A stretch of DNA of 64,000 bases, from assembly GCA_046154225.1 (NCBI GenBank), contig JBJXEM010000041.1, forward strand, positions 3,411-67,410, given 5' to 3'. Numbering within the stretch: the stretch's first letter is position 1; every line of letters begins with the position of its first letter. Of this stretch, positions 34,434 through 44,228 are shown in pieces. This stretch comes from Rickettsiales bacterium (GTDB lineage: Bacteria; Pseudomonadota; Alphaproteobacteria; Rickettsiales; UBA3002). The translations under genes were made by a program, and so were the position numbers. The notes below the pieces were generated by a model, which was given only the letters and a program-made list of their open reading frames with translations, made no database searches and was not told where the DNA came from.

Positions 34434-35558
34434 CTACTCACCCGTTTGCAAGTCCATTTCCTCGCCCGGCCGGGCGCGAAGCGGGTTGCTGCGCGGCGAT
34501 GGGGTCATGGGCACTGCCTTGTCGGCCGCGATAGAGGCGGGCGCTAGTTTTGTACGTGGCGCGGCGGCTGAATCGTTCGTTTCCTTCAACAACCCCATTT
34601 CGCGATAATAACGCAACGCGCCGGGATGAATGGGGGCAATGAGGCCAGTATTCACCATGCGATCCTTGTCGAGTGTGGCGAACACGAAATGCAGCGTTTG
34701 AAAATTCTCAAAATTGTCGAACACTGCTTTTACCAACTGATAGACGGTTTCGTCGTCGGTTTGTGCGGTGGTCACCAACGTGGCTTTCACGCCGAACGTC
34801 GGCACGTTTTGCGGGTTGCCCTGATACATACCGCCCGGAATCGCGGTGCGGGCATAGAACGGGTTTTTGGCGAGCAATTCGTCGACCTCTTTGCCCACCA
34901 ACGGAATCAGCTTCGCACCGCAATTGCTGGTGATGTCCTGAATCAGCCCGTTGGGGTGACCGGCAGCAAACATCATTGCATCGATTTTACCTTCACACAA
35001 TGCGCGGCCCGCTTCGGTTGGGCGTAGCTCGGTGGTGGCGGCAAAGCTGTGTTTAGACCAGCCATGCGCAGTTACCAAGCTCATCATGATTTCACCCAAA
35101 CCCGAGCCGGCATCGCCGATATTCACGCGCTTGCCTTTTAGCCCATCGAAGCTCTTGATGCCGCTGTCACGCGCCACGGCGACGGTGAACATTTCACTAT
35201 GCAACGAAAACACCGAACGCAGATCGCGGAAAGGCGCACTCTCCGCAAACATTCCTTTGGCGTTGTAGGCATTATATTGCCAGTCGGATTGCACGATGCC
35301 GAAATTCAACTCGCCCTCATGCAGCGCGCGCAAATTGTAAACCGAGCCGCCGGTTGACTCGACAAAGCAACGAATGCCGTGCTCTTTGCGGCCCCGGTTG
35401 ATCAACCGGCAAATCGCCCCGCCCGCGGGGTAATACACCCCGGTAATGGCCCCGGTGCCGATGGTGATGATGTGCTCCTCCGCCTGCGCGGGCGCGGAAA
35501 AAATGGAGGCGATAAGCGCAAACAACGAGGCTAAAACTACGGCGAACCGGGTGTTCAT
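34434..35558 (-). CDS. TAXI-family TRAP-type solute-binding protein (orphan; about 50-aa Pro/Ala-rich C-terminal extension)
   Basis: A signal peptide is followed by ITIGTGAITGVYYPAGGAICRLIN and RVNIGDAGSG, typical of the TAXI/Imp family. No TRAP permease gene is adjacent. Confidence 0.75.
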   Translation of the reverse strand: MNTRFAVVLASLFALIASIFSAPAQAEEHIITIGTGAITGVYYPAGGAICRLINRGRKEHGIRCFVESTGGSVYNLRALHEGELNFGIVQSDWQYNAYNAKGMFAESAPFRDLRSVFSLHSEMFTVAVARDSGIKSFDGLKGKRVNIGDAGSGLGEIMMSLVTAHGWSKHSFAATTELRPTEAGRALCEGKIDAMMFAAGHPNGLIQDITSNCGAKLIPLVGKEVDELLAKNPFYARTAIPGGMYQGNPQNVPTFGVKATLVTTAQTDDETVYQLVKAVFDNFENFQTLHFVFATLDKDRMVNTGLIAPIHPGALRYYREMGLLKETNDSAAAPRTKLAPASIAADKAVPMTPSPRSNPLRARPGEEMDLQTGE

Positions 35559-35570
35559 TTTGTTTATCCT

Positions 35571-36023
35571 CTAGTAGAGGCGATTCATGTATTCCGTCCA
35601 GAACCGCTCAAGATTATGCATGGCTTTGTTGGTATCGACGAGAAACGCGAGGTTAGGGCTGCGCTTGTCGAGTTCCGACACGTTACGCTCGATTAACGCG
35701 TCGAGTTTTTTTACTAAATCCAGGCCTTTTTCCGAGAGCTTGACGCGCGTCGAGCGTTTGTCGTGCGGTGCTTTTTCCTGAATCAGGTAGCCCGACTCCA
35801 CAAGGTTTTTTACGTTATACGACACGTTGGTGCCAAGGTAGTACCCACGATTGGTGAGCTCGCCGACGGTTAGCTGGTCGGGCCCGATGTTATAGAGAAT
35901 CAGGGTTTGCACGTTGTTGATGTCTTCGATTTTCAAGCGGTCGAGCTCGCTTTTCACCACGTCGAGAAAGCGACGGTGCAAGCGTTCAATGAGCAAAATC
36001 GTTTCAAGATAAATCTGTTTCAA
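35571..36023 (-). CDS. MarR-family transcriptional regulator
   Basis: LTVGELTNRGYYLGTNVSYNVKNLVESGYLIQEKAPHDKRSTRVKLSEKG matches the wHTH + wing pattern. Confidence 0.7.
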   Translation of the reverse strand: MKQIYLETILLIERLHRRFLDVVKSELDRLKIEDINNVQTLILYNIGPDQLTVGELTNRGYYLGTNVSYNVKNLVESGYLIQEKAPHDKRSTRVKLSEKGLDLVKKLDALIERNVSELDKRSPNLAFLVDTNKAMHNLERFWTEYMNRLY

Positions 36024-36077
36024 CCGGACTCTCCCTGTCTGTGTGCGCTGCGGCTATAAGTGCCATAATAAACAAGA

Positions 36078-37553
36078 TTAATCAAGCAATGCGGGGTCGG
36101 AAGTCAAGCGAACGATGACGGTTGTCCCACGCCCCTTCACGCTTTCGATGCGTATTTTACCGTGATGCAGCTCAACGAGGCGCTTGGTCAGCGGCAGCCC
36201 AAGCCCGGCACCTTCGTATTTACGGTTCAGCCCTGCGTCGGATTGGTTGAAGCTCGAGAATACCCGGCTTATATCGATTTCCTCCATGCCGATGCCAGAA
36301 TCTTCGATTTCGATGGTGAAGAAGTAAACCTCATTTTTTCCAGCTTCTGCGCGGGCGCGAATCACGATTTTTCCACCATTCTCGGTAAATTTAATCGCGT
36401 TGCTGAGCAGATTCAGAAAAATCTGCATCAGCCGCACCCGGTCGGCAATTATTTTGGGCAGGCGGCTTGGCATATCGGTAAAAATATCGATTTTTTTGGT
36501 TTGGGCTTGCCCGGCGACGATGTTCAGTGACTTCTCAACGATTTTTGGCAATGACAATGCATCGAATTTCACGCTGAGCTTGCCCGCCTCAGCCTTCGAC
36601 AGGTCCAGGATATCGTTAATCACATCAAGCAAGTGCCGCCCTGCTTCATGAATATCCGAAGCATACTCCTTATATTTCGGGTCACCCACGGGCCCGAACT
36701 GCTCACTCTCAATCATGGTAGAAAATCCAATGATGGCATTTAAGGGCGTGCGCAACTCGTGGCTTACATTCGCCAGAAACTGCGACTTGGCGTGGCTCGC
36801 CGCTTCGGCATTGCGGCGCGAGGCTTCAAGTTCCACTGTTTTGCGTGTCAGCCTGCCGTCGCGGTCTTCGATTTCTTTCAGCATGGCGTTGAACGCATCC
36901 GTCAGCGACGCAATTTCACGCGGCACTAACGCCAGCGCACCCGGGACCACCCGCAGCGAATAGTCTTTATACAGGGTGACGCGTTGTGCGGTAGTCGCAA
37001 TCTGGCGGATGGGTTTGAGCATGGCGCGCTTCATCCGCTCGCCCAGTTGCCAGCACATAATGCCAAGCAATACCGCCAAGAAAGCTGACACCATGATCCA
37101 ACGCACCAGATGGTTATGAATCGGCGGCAAGACTGCCACTAACATGACCCGGCCCCGCGCTTTGGGCAGGTTTGGCTCAGTAATGGGTGCCACAGCACGG
37201 ATTTCACTAAACCGTGGGGCTGCGTTCGCTAATGACTGACAGCTCGCGCCCACACGGTCAAAAGCAAGCCCGTGTATTTCATCGGTCACTTCGTTGTTGG
37301 TGTCGGTTACACATGCCAGCACCAGCAACGGATTAGCGTTCGCCGTTGCAAGTGTGGCTTCTGTTGCGGCGCGCTCATGTGTAAGGGCGAGATTAAGCGC
37401 AAGGATGCTCGCCTGCGTGGTAAGCGCGCGCGACTCGTCGTTACGCATACTTAGGGCTGAAACAACTGTCATCGCTGTGCTTAGCAACACCAGCAATGCA
37501 AGGCACACCAGAATCACGCTATTACGATAGAGGCGGCGAATCGAAAATTCCAT
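36078..37553 (-). CDS. Membrane sensor histidine kinase (2 TM + HAMP + HisKA + HATPase_c)
   Basis: H-box [20 protein letters not shown]-box [10 protein letters not shown]1 IEDSGIGM and G2 GAGLGLPL. No response regulator gene is adjacent. Confidence 0.85.
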   Translation of the reverse strand: MEFSIRRLYRNSVILVCLALLVLLSTAMTVVSALSMRNDESRALTTQASILALNLALTHERAATEATLATANANPLLVLACVTDTNNEVTDEIHGLAFDRVGASCQSLANAAPRFSEIRAVAPITEPNLPKARGRVMLVAVLPPIHNHLVRWIMVSAFLAVLLGIMCWQLGERMKRAMLKPIRQIATTAQRVTLYKDYSLRVVPGALALVPREIASLTDAFNAMLKEIEDRDGRLTRKTVELEASRRNAEAASHAKSQFLANVSHELRTPLNAIIGFSTMIESEQFGPVGDPKYKEYASDIHEAGRHLLDVINDILDLSKAEAGKLSVKFDALSLPKIVEKSLNIVAGQAQTKKIDIFTDMPSRLPKIIADRVRLMQIFLNLLSNAIKFTENGGKIVIRARAEAGKNEVYFFTIEIEDSGIGMEEIDISRVFSSFNQSDAGLNRKYEGAGLGLPLTKRLVELHHGKIRIESVKGRGTTVIVRLTSDPALLD

Positions 37554-37685
37554 TCCACGTTGCTACATGAGAACCAGATGAAAATCATTAGCAAATTGCA
37601 TCCGCTGCATCCTTTTTGTAACTGAATATAACATTTGCGCCACGGTGCGTGTGCATGCTACCGCCGCAACACAGGAGAATCGCCT

Positions 37686-39509
37686 ATGTGTGGAATTATC
37701 GGAGTCATCGGCAACCAGCCCGCGGCACCGCTGGTGCTGGAAGCCTTGAGGCGCCTTGAATATCGCGGCTACGATTCGGCTGGCATCGCCACGCTGGTGG
37801 ATGGTGGCATCGACCGTCGCCGCGCGCAGGGTAAGCTTGCCGCACTGGCGCACCTGCTGGAACAATCGCCACTGGGCGGCAGCACTGGTATCGGCCACAC
37901 ACGCTGGGCCACGCATGGCTTGCCGAACGAAACCAACGCCCACCCCCACGCCACCGACAAGGTGGCCGTGGTGCATAATGGCATCATCGAGAATTTTCAG
38001 GAATTGCGCAGTGAACTGATTGCACTTGGTCATGTGTTCACAAGCCAGACCGATACGGAAGTGGTGCCGCAACTTATTACGCATTATCTGGGCCAAGGCA
38101 AAACCCCGCGTGAAGCTGTGGCTTCCTGCCTCAAACGGCTTGAAGGTGCATTTGCGTTGGGCATTATTTTTGCCGACGCACCGGACAGTATTTTCGCGGC
38201 CCGCCGGGGTTCACCCCTCGCCATCGGGTTCGGCGACGGGGCCAATTATCTGGGCTCCGACGCGGTGGCCCTCGCCCCCCTCACCCAGCAAATCTGCTAT
38301 CTCGAAGAAGGCGACTGGGCCGAAATTTTTCGTGACCGTGTAACGATTTTTAATGCGGCAGGCGTTCAGGTCGAGCGCCCGGTAAAAACCAGCCGCCACA
38401 CCGGCAGCGCCACCGGCAAAGGCGAATTCCGCCACTTCATGCTGAAAGAAATTTACGAACAGCCTTCCGTCATCGGCCAAACACTAAACGTGTATTACAA
38501 CCCCACCACCGCGCGCGTGGCCATGCCCGCACTACCGTTCGATTTGGCGACGCTAACCAGCATCACCATCGTGGCGTGCGGCACCTCTTATTACGCCGGG
38601 TTGGTTGCGCGTTACTGGCTGGAGTCACTCACCAAACTACCGGTCGATATCGATGTGGCCTCGGAATTCCGATACCGCGAGCCCGTGATGCAAAAAGGCG
38701 GGCTGACGCTGGTGATTTCGCAATCCGGCGAAACCGCCGACACGCTGGCCGCGCTGCGCTACGCCAAGTCGCAGGGGCAGCACACACTTGCCATCGTCAA
38801 CGTGCCGGAATCGAGCATGAGCCACGAAGCCGAAGCGACCTTATACACCCATGCCGGGCCGGAAATTGGCGTCGCGAGCACTAAAGCCTTCACTACACAG
38901 CTCACGGTACTTGCCTGCTTCGCACTGGCATTAGCCGACGCGCGCGGCACGGTGGATGCGGGCGAAATGGCGCGCCTCACCCACGCGCTCGCCGAAGTGC
39001 CCGCCCGCGTGGCCGAAGTGCTGCACCACGCCGACAGCATCGAAAAACTCGCGCATCACATCATGGGCGCGACGGACATGCTGTATATCGGCCGCGGCAC
39101 CAGCTTCGCCATCGCCCACGAAGCCGCGCTCAAGATGAAAGAAATTTCCTACATCCATGCCGAAGCCTATGCGGCCGGCGAAATGAAACACGGCCCCATT
39201 GCGCTGATTGACGAATCGGTGCCGGTCGTCGCCTTCGCCCCGCACGACCATTTATTCGAAAAAACCGCCAGCAACATTCAGGAAGCCGCCGCGCGCGGTG
39301 GACAAATTGTGCTGTTCTCCGACGAAGCGGGCGTGAAAGCCCTCGCCGAAGTCACCCGCCACGCGGTCACGCTGCCAAAAGTACACCCGCTGGTGAGCCC
39401 GATTTTGTATGCCATTCCGGCGCAACTACTCGCCTACTACACCGCCGTACTCAAAGGCACCGATGTCGACCAGCCCCGCAACCTCGCCAAATCGGTGACG
39501 GTGGAGTAA
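37686..39509 (+). CDS. glmS: Glutamine--fructose-6-phosphate aminotransferase
   Basis: MCGIIGVIG N-terminal nucleophile, two SIS domains (SQSGETADTL) and the C-terminal NLAKSVTVE. The SD AGGAGA lies upstream of the ATG at 37686. Confidence 0.95.
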   Translation: MCGIIGVIGNQPAAPLVLEALRRLEYRGYDSAGIATLVDGGIDRRRAQGKLAALAHLLEQSPLGGSTGIGHTRWATHGLPNETNAHPHATDKVAVVHNGIIENFQELRSELIALGHVFTSQTDTEVVPQLITHYLGQGKTPREAVASCLKRLEGAFALGIIFADAPDSIFAARRGSPLAIGFGDGANYLGSDAVALAPLTQQICYLEEGDWAEIFRDRVTIFNAAGVQVERPVKTSRHTGSATGKGEFRHFMLKEIYEQPSVIGQTLNVYYNPTTARVAMPALPFDLATLTSITIVACGTSYYAGLVARYWLESLTKLPVDIDVASEFRYREPVMQKGGLTLVISQSGETADTLAALRYAKSQGQHTLAIVNVPESSMSHEAEATLYTHAGPEIGVASTKAFTTQLTVLACFALALADARGTVDAGEMARLTHALAEVPARVAEVLHHADSIEKLAHHIMGATDMLYIGRGTSFAIAHEAALKMKEISYIHAEAYAAGEMKHGPIALIDESVPVVAFAPHDHLFEKTASNIQEAAARGGQIVLFSDEAGVKALAEVTRHAVTLPKVHPLVSPILYAIPAQLLAYYTAVLKGTDVDQPRNLAKSVTVE

Positions 39510-41512
39510 TGCAATCGCTGCAGCACCAAGGCTATCGCGCCGATATTGATGGGTTACGCGCGGTTGCGGTGCTTGCCGTCCTTATTTTCCACGCCAACGC
39601 GGAGTGGCTACCTGGCGGCTTTGTCGGCGTGGATATTTTTTTTGTCATTTCCGGCTTTCTCATCACCGGCATTTTACTGCGTGAAATGCAGGGTGGCCAC
39701 TACTCCATTCGCCAGTTTTACATCCGGCGCATCCGGCGCATTTTCCCGGCATTGATTGCCGTGCTGTTGACCACCCTCGTTCTTGGCTGGTTTCTTTTAG
39801 TACCCGACGAATTCAAAAAACTGGGGCATGACATAATCGCCGCCACCGGTTTTTACGCCAATGTGCAGTTCTGGCAGCAGGCCGGCTATTTCGACATCAC
39901 CGCCGAGCGCAAACCGTTATTGCATTTGTGGTCGCTCGGGGTGGAGGAACAATTCTACATTCTCTGGCCACTGATCATAGGGCTTTGCCTGCGCTTTCGG
40001 CGCGCCTTGCTGCCATTGATGCTGGCGGTCACTGCCATCAGCCTCGGCCTTGCATTATGGCGCAGTGCCGCGCATCCCACTTCAAGTTTTTACCTTCCGC
40101 ACACCCGATTTTGGGAATTAATGCTCGGCGGATTACTGGCCTACGCCGAACCGTGGATGACTCGACGCACGTTAGTAGGCTGGAAGCGCGAGCTGTCGGC
40201 TTGCTGCGGAATGCTGCTCATTATGCTCGCGGCGGCAATGTTCACCAAACTCGATGCCTATCCTAGCTGGCGCGCGCTGTTGCCGGTTGTCGGCACGATA
40301 TTGCTATTAGCGACGCCGGGCAGTTTTCTACATCGGCACGCGCTCAGTGGGCGGATGATGGTAGGCATCGGTCTCATCAGTTATCCGCTCTATTTATGGC
40401 ACTGGCCGCTGCTGGCCTATGCGCGCATTCTCTATTGGCAGGCACCGCCAACCGGCGTCATTTTGGGGCTGGTAGGGCTCAGTTTTTGCCTCGCTACCCT
40501 CACCTATCATTGCATTGAGGCGCCATTGCGCTTCGGGCGATTTCGCCGTCGTGCCATCGGGCTGCTCTTAGTGGCCATGCTTGCCGTCGCGCTGGTTGCG
40601 ACCGCCATTACCTCGACCGACGGATTCAAGCAATTGAGGGAAAATAATGCACGCTTCAGAGATTTGAAAGGTGTGCACGCGTTTGCGGAAACGTCCATGG
40701 CGTGCCCCCAAAGCATGGATGTCGGCGATAATTGGTGTGTCACCGCACGAGGCGGCCCGGCAAATGCCGCGGTCGTTGGCGATAGCCATGCCGAAGCGCT
40801 GTTCGCGGGCCTGGCAACCCGCGATACCACCCGCAACTGGGCGCTCATCGGTCATTCTTCATGCCCACCGTTGCTGCAAGTGCGCTCCCATCGCGTCAAC
40901 ATGCCCGACGCCTGCCTCGACGCCACCGAACGCATGGTCGATATGCTCAAAACCCATCCTGAAATACGCACTGTGGTACTCGCTTCGCTTGGGCAGTTTT
41001 ATTTCGACCACAGCGTTTCGCCCCAACATACCGGTAAAGACACGAGCGAATTATGGCGCCTTGAAAGCACCCTTGCATCGGAAGCAAGCCTCAGTCGTAG
41101 CGAGGTGTTTTACCGCGGCATGGACCGTACCATCAGTGCCCTCGAAGCGTCGGGCAAAAAAATCGTGTTGTTCATCGACGTGCCTACGCTCGATTTTATG
41201 GCGGCGGATTGCCTGCCGCGTCTGGGCGAACTCTCCTACCGCTTCGGCATGGCAAAGCCACATTGCACCACGCCGCAGGCCGACGCGCTAGCACAACAAA
41301 AATCTTACCGCGAAATCGTGCGACGCCTTGCGGCGAAACACCCGTCGTTGCGCATTTTTGATTCGTTCACTGTGCTGTGCAACGGAACCGATTGCCTCGC
41401 CGGAACCAAGGATTTACTGCTTTACAGCGACAGCCACCACTTAAGCATCCGCGGCAGCGAGAAAATGGGGGATGGCCTGGTTGCGTGGCTCAATGCATCA
41501 GGCGATAAATAA
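39509..41512 (+). CDS. Acyltransferase-3 family membrane protein with C-terminal SGNH domain (OafA/YrhL-like O-acyltransferase)
   Basis: YRADIDGLRAVAVLAVLIFHA start and about 10 TM segments, followed by a GDSHA-containing SGNH-like domain. There is a TAATG overlap with the glmS stop. Confidence 0.8.
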   Translation: MQSLQHQGYRADIDGLRAVAVLAVLIFHANAEWLPGGFVGVDIFFVISGFLITGILLREMQGGHYSIRQFYIRRIRRIFPALIAVLLTTLVLGWFLLVPDEFKKLGHDIIAATGFYANVQFWQQAGYFDITAERKPLLHLWSLGVEEQFYILWPLIIGLCLRFRRALLPLMLAVTAISLGLALWRSAAHPTSSFYLPHTRFWELMLGGLLAYAEPWMTRRTLVGWKRELSACCGMLLIMLAAAMFTKLDAYPSWRALLPVVGTILLLATPGSFLHRHALSGRMMVGIGLISYPLYLWHWPLLAYARILYWQAPPTGVILGLVGLSFCLATLTYHCIEAPLRFGRFRRRAIGLLLVAMLAVALVATAITSTDGFKQLRENNARFRDLKGVHAFAETSMACPQSMDVGDNWCVTARGGPANAAVVGDSHAEALFAGLATRDTTRNWALIGHSSCPPLLQVRSHRVNMPDACLDATERMVDMLKTHPEIRTVVLASLGQFYFDHSVSPQHTGKDTSELWRLESTLASEASLSRSEVFYRGMDRTISALEASGKKIVLFIDVPTLDFMAADCLPRLGELSYRFGMAKPHCTTPQADALAQQKSYREIVRRLAAKHPSLRIFDSFTVLCNGTDCLAGTKDLLLYSDSHHLSIRGSEKMGDGLVAWLNASGDK

Positions 41513-42211
41513 CGGCAACACAAGGGCCGCTGTTGCATACACCACCACGCGCCCCGGTTTTGGCACAAGCATTTTTAACGCATAGACCGGCAGCAACAAC
41601 GCCCAGTGCGCCATCGGCACCAGCGCGCCGAGTAACACGAACCACCACACCCATGGCTTGGTGAAGGGCGAGGCTTTTTCGCCCGCAAGGCGCATGAGCA
41701 CGAGTACCATCACTAACATCACCACCGCGCCGCGAATGGGGCCGTAAATACTGCCTTCAGCCAACGTGCGCGCCAGAATAATCAACCCGAGAGCGTAGCT
41801 GTAAATGCTAGCTGAAATCCATTGCTGCTGGTGATGAATGGCCGCCAGAATGCCCACAAACACGCCGTACGACGCGTAGAGTAAAAATAATTCACCGATG
41901 CCAAAATGCAGGAAGTAGGCGATAAAGATTGCGCCGCAAGTGAGCTCAATCGCCGTATAAATACTGGGGATTTCGCCGCGGCAATAGCGGCAGCACCCGC
42001 GCGTGGAGAGCCACGACAGGATGGGAAACAAATCGACGGGTTTGAGGTCGGCGTTGCAGTGGCCGCAGAATGGATGTCGCTCGAACGGGGTTTGCCCGCG
42101 CGGCAGGCGATACACCACCGAACACGCATAGTTACCGACCGCAGGCCCGAGCACTGCCATCCAGATGATGCCGATGAGCATCGTCTGATGCGTGGCGATA
42201 AAATCCAGCAT
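41498..42211 (-). CDS. Prepilin peptidase (A24) homologue with an N-terminal Cys4 domain; catalytic Asp motifs not evident
   Basis: CGHC...CRYC (FCGHCNADLKPVDLFPILSWLSTRGCCRYCRGEIPSIYTAIEL) matches the DiS-P-DiS N-terminal domain of PilD-type peptidases. The polytopic remainder has IHHQQQ where ID.DHQ is expected, and has no GGGD.K motif. Confidence 0.6.
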   Translation of the reverse strand: MLDFIATHQTMLIGIIWMAVLGPAVGNYACSVVYRLPRGQTPFERHPFCGHCNADLKPVDLFPILSWLSTRGCCRYCRGEIPSIYTAIELTCGAIFIAYFLHFGIGELFLLYASYGVFVGILAAIHHQQQWISASIYSYALGLIILARTLAEGSIYGPIRGAVVMLVMVLVLMRLAGEKASPFTKPWVWWFVLLGALVPMAHWALLLPVYALKMLVPKPGRVVVYATAALVLPLFIA

Positions 42212-43578
42212 TAGTTTTTCACGGCCGAGCGAGGGCTGATTTGCAGGTCGAGGTAGCGCCCCTGAAACAACGAAATGCCCAACGCCTGCCCAAATTCAAC
42301 CGCCTGCAAATTATCGCAGCGGGTGAGAATTACCCGGTTCGGCCCACATTGGCGCACCGCTTCGGCTAATCGTATATTTTTCTCAGATTGGGCTTCCTTC
42401 GCACTGTCGGCATTCCAGATCAGCTTAATGAGGTCGAACCCCAGCCGCTGGCGGTCGATTTGCGGGAAGCTGATGTCGCTCACGCCATCGAGGCACACGC
42501 GATAACCCATTTTCTGCACTGCGTCCTTCGCGGCCAGAAATGCTGCCATATCGACAAACACATCGGCAATTTGCAGCTCGATGACCACTGGCACTTTCGT
42601 GCTCGGCTTAATGGCCGCGTCGAACTCGACGAAGCGGGTGGAAAGCACCGTCGGGATGTTCAAATTCAGGCTGATGGGGTTGGCGAGGTAACGAATCGGG
42701 TTGCGCTGGATGGTGTCGAGCATGCGCATGTCGAGCATTTGGGTGAGGTATTTGAACAGCCAGCGGTTCGATAGTAAATCCACCTGTGTTCCCAGATTTT
42801 CCTTGAGCTGGTTGATGTGAATATACATCTCGTCGAACACGGTGCGCACGGCAGCACCCGGAATGGCGGCACAGACCGACTGGCGGCGAATGGCGCTGGT
42901 GAGATCCGTGTCGCGTAAATCGCGCTCAATCCCGGCCAGGTTCGTGGCCGTGCAAAGCGAAGCATCCGGCGATGGCTGTTTGGTTTCACGCGGTGCAGGT
43001 TTCAGCGAAACATAGGGCGTTTTGGGTTTGGGCGGCGGCGCTTCGACAACCGGTGCAGGTTTAGGTTCGGGTGGTGCAGGTGGCTGCATCTGATGCTGAG
43101 GTTTTTGTGCGGCATGAGAGGCTTTGACTTCCCCTGCCGAAGGCGTCGACGCTGCGCGCGCGGTGCGCACCCGCATCACCAGGCGCCGCTTGATGATGGC
43201 CTGAAAATCCTGCCACTGGTTTTCAATTTCATACAACGTGGCAAATTCCGGATTCTCATCGCCCTCGAGCGAGTAGGAAAGCGGATCGTCCATGAACAGG
43301 TAGCGCAGCTGGAAGATCATTTTGTCGAGCAGTTGCTTGGGGAAACTGCGTACCATCACGTAAATGGTGGTGTCTTCGCAGAGGTAAATCGCTCCGTCGC
43401 GGTCGCCCAGCAAATCGTTCATCAGGTTGGTGGCGATTTTGATTTGGTATTCGCTGCGGTAATGCTCGCGCAATTGCGAAAACGAAAAGCATATGGCTTG
43501 CCAGCCCGAGAGATTTTCCTCGATCAGACCCAGCAATTCAATCAGGTGGACCTCGGGATCTTTGGTGACAATGCGCAT
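42211..43578 (-). CDS. Protein with a degenerate EAL-like C-terminal domain and a Pro-rich linker
   Basis: The C-terminal ~240 aa follow the EAL-domain order (ISLNLN, VVIELQIAD, GYRVCLDGVSD, LIKLIW, LFQGRYL). The EAL, DDFG and EGVE signatures are replaced. The SD AGGAG lies upstream. Confidence 0.5.
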   Translation of the reverse strand: MRIVTKDPEVHLIELLGLIEENLSGWQAICFSFSQLREHYRSEYQIKIATNLMNDLLGDRDGAIYLCEDTTIYVMVRSFPKQLLDKMIFQLRYLFMDDPLSYSLEGDENPEFATLYEIENQWQDFQAIIKRRLVMRVRTARAASTPSAGEVKASHAAQKPQHQMQPPAPPEPKPAPVVEAPPPKPKTPYVSLKPAPRETKQPSPDASLCTATNLAGIERDLRDTDLTSAIRRQSVCAAIPGAAVRTVFDEMYIHINQLKENLGTQVDLLSNRWLFKYLTQMLDMRMLDTIQRNPIRYLANPISLNLNIPTVLSTRFVEFDAAIKPSTKVPVVIELQIADVFVDMAAFLAAKDAVQKMGYRVCLDGVSDISFPQIDRQRLGFDLIKLIWNADSAKEAQSEKNIRLAEAVRQCGPNRVILTRCDNLQAVEFGQALGISLFQGRYLDLQISPRSAVKN

Positions 43579-43589
43579 ACTACTCCTGC

Positions 43590-44111
43590 CTAGCGGCGGC
43601 GTTTGGGCTCAGTATCGTCGTCGTCTTCGTCGTCATCGTCGGCGCGCTCGTCGTCGTCGTCTTCGTCTTCTTCGTCCTCGTCGGTCTCGATATGGTCTTC
43701 AAGGTCATCGACGAGTTTTTCCTCACCCACGATCTCGGTGAACATACCGTCCTCGGCATCGTCGGAATTGGGGTCGGTTTCTTCTTCCTCTTCGTGCTCC
43801 TCGACTTCCTCGAGCGAGGTCATTTCCACACCTTCATCCTCGATCGGCTCGATTTCCTCGATTTCATCGCCATCCTCTACTTCGGGCAAATCGGTGCCCA
43901 GCAAATCATCGTCCTCGGCCGAACGTTTTCGCACGGGCTTGAGTGCTGGTTTTTCTGGCTTTACCGGCTTTGGTGGCGATTTCTTCTTCGCGCCTTCAGT
44001 CCAGGTTTTTTTACATTTCGGGCAGGTAATGGGAGTTACCACGCCAAAATCGTAGAATTTAGCGGCGCATTTGGGGCAAACGCGCTTGGTTCCTAAATTC
44101 GGTGACGACAT
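43590..44111 (-). CDS. TIGR02300-type zinc-ribbon protein with acidic tail (FYDLN_acid family)
   Basis: LGTKRVCPKCAAKFYDFGVVTPITCPKCKK followed by a long Asp/Glu-rich C-terminus. I chose the ATG at 44111, which has a GAGAGG SD. Confidence 0.8.
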   Translation of the reverse strand: MSSPNLGTKRVCPKCAAKFYDFGVVTPITCPKCKKTWTEGAKKKSPPKPVKPEKPALKPVRKRSAEDDDLLGTDLPEVEDGDEIEEIEPIEDEGVEMTSLEEVEEHEEEEETDPNSDDAEDGMFTEIVGEEKLVDDLEDHIETDEDEEDEDDDDERADDDDEDDDDTEPKRRR

Positions 44112-44228
44112 GGTGCCTCTCGTATCCTGCATAGCTGTTGCTTTTCTTGCCCGCGCTGCCAACTTGCGTTACCAACACGTTCCTGAATATCCACCTAACG
44201 TGACTTTCAAATAAAACGCAATAGCCGG

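Noticed and set aside
43603-44096. Ser-rich (SSSSSS...) and other ORFs on the plus strand opposite the acidic-tail gene.
   Set aside because: They are the antisense reading of the GAC/GAA/GAG-rich Asp/Glu tail of the TIGR02300-type protein, so they are a compositional artefact.
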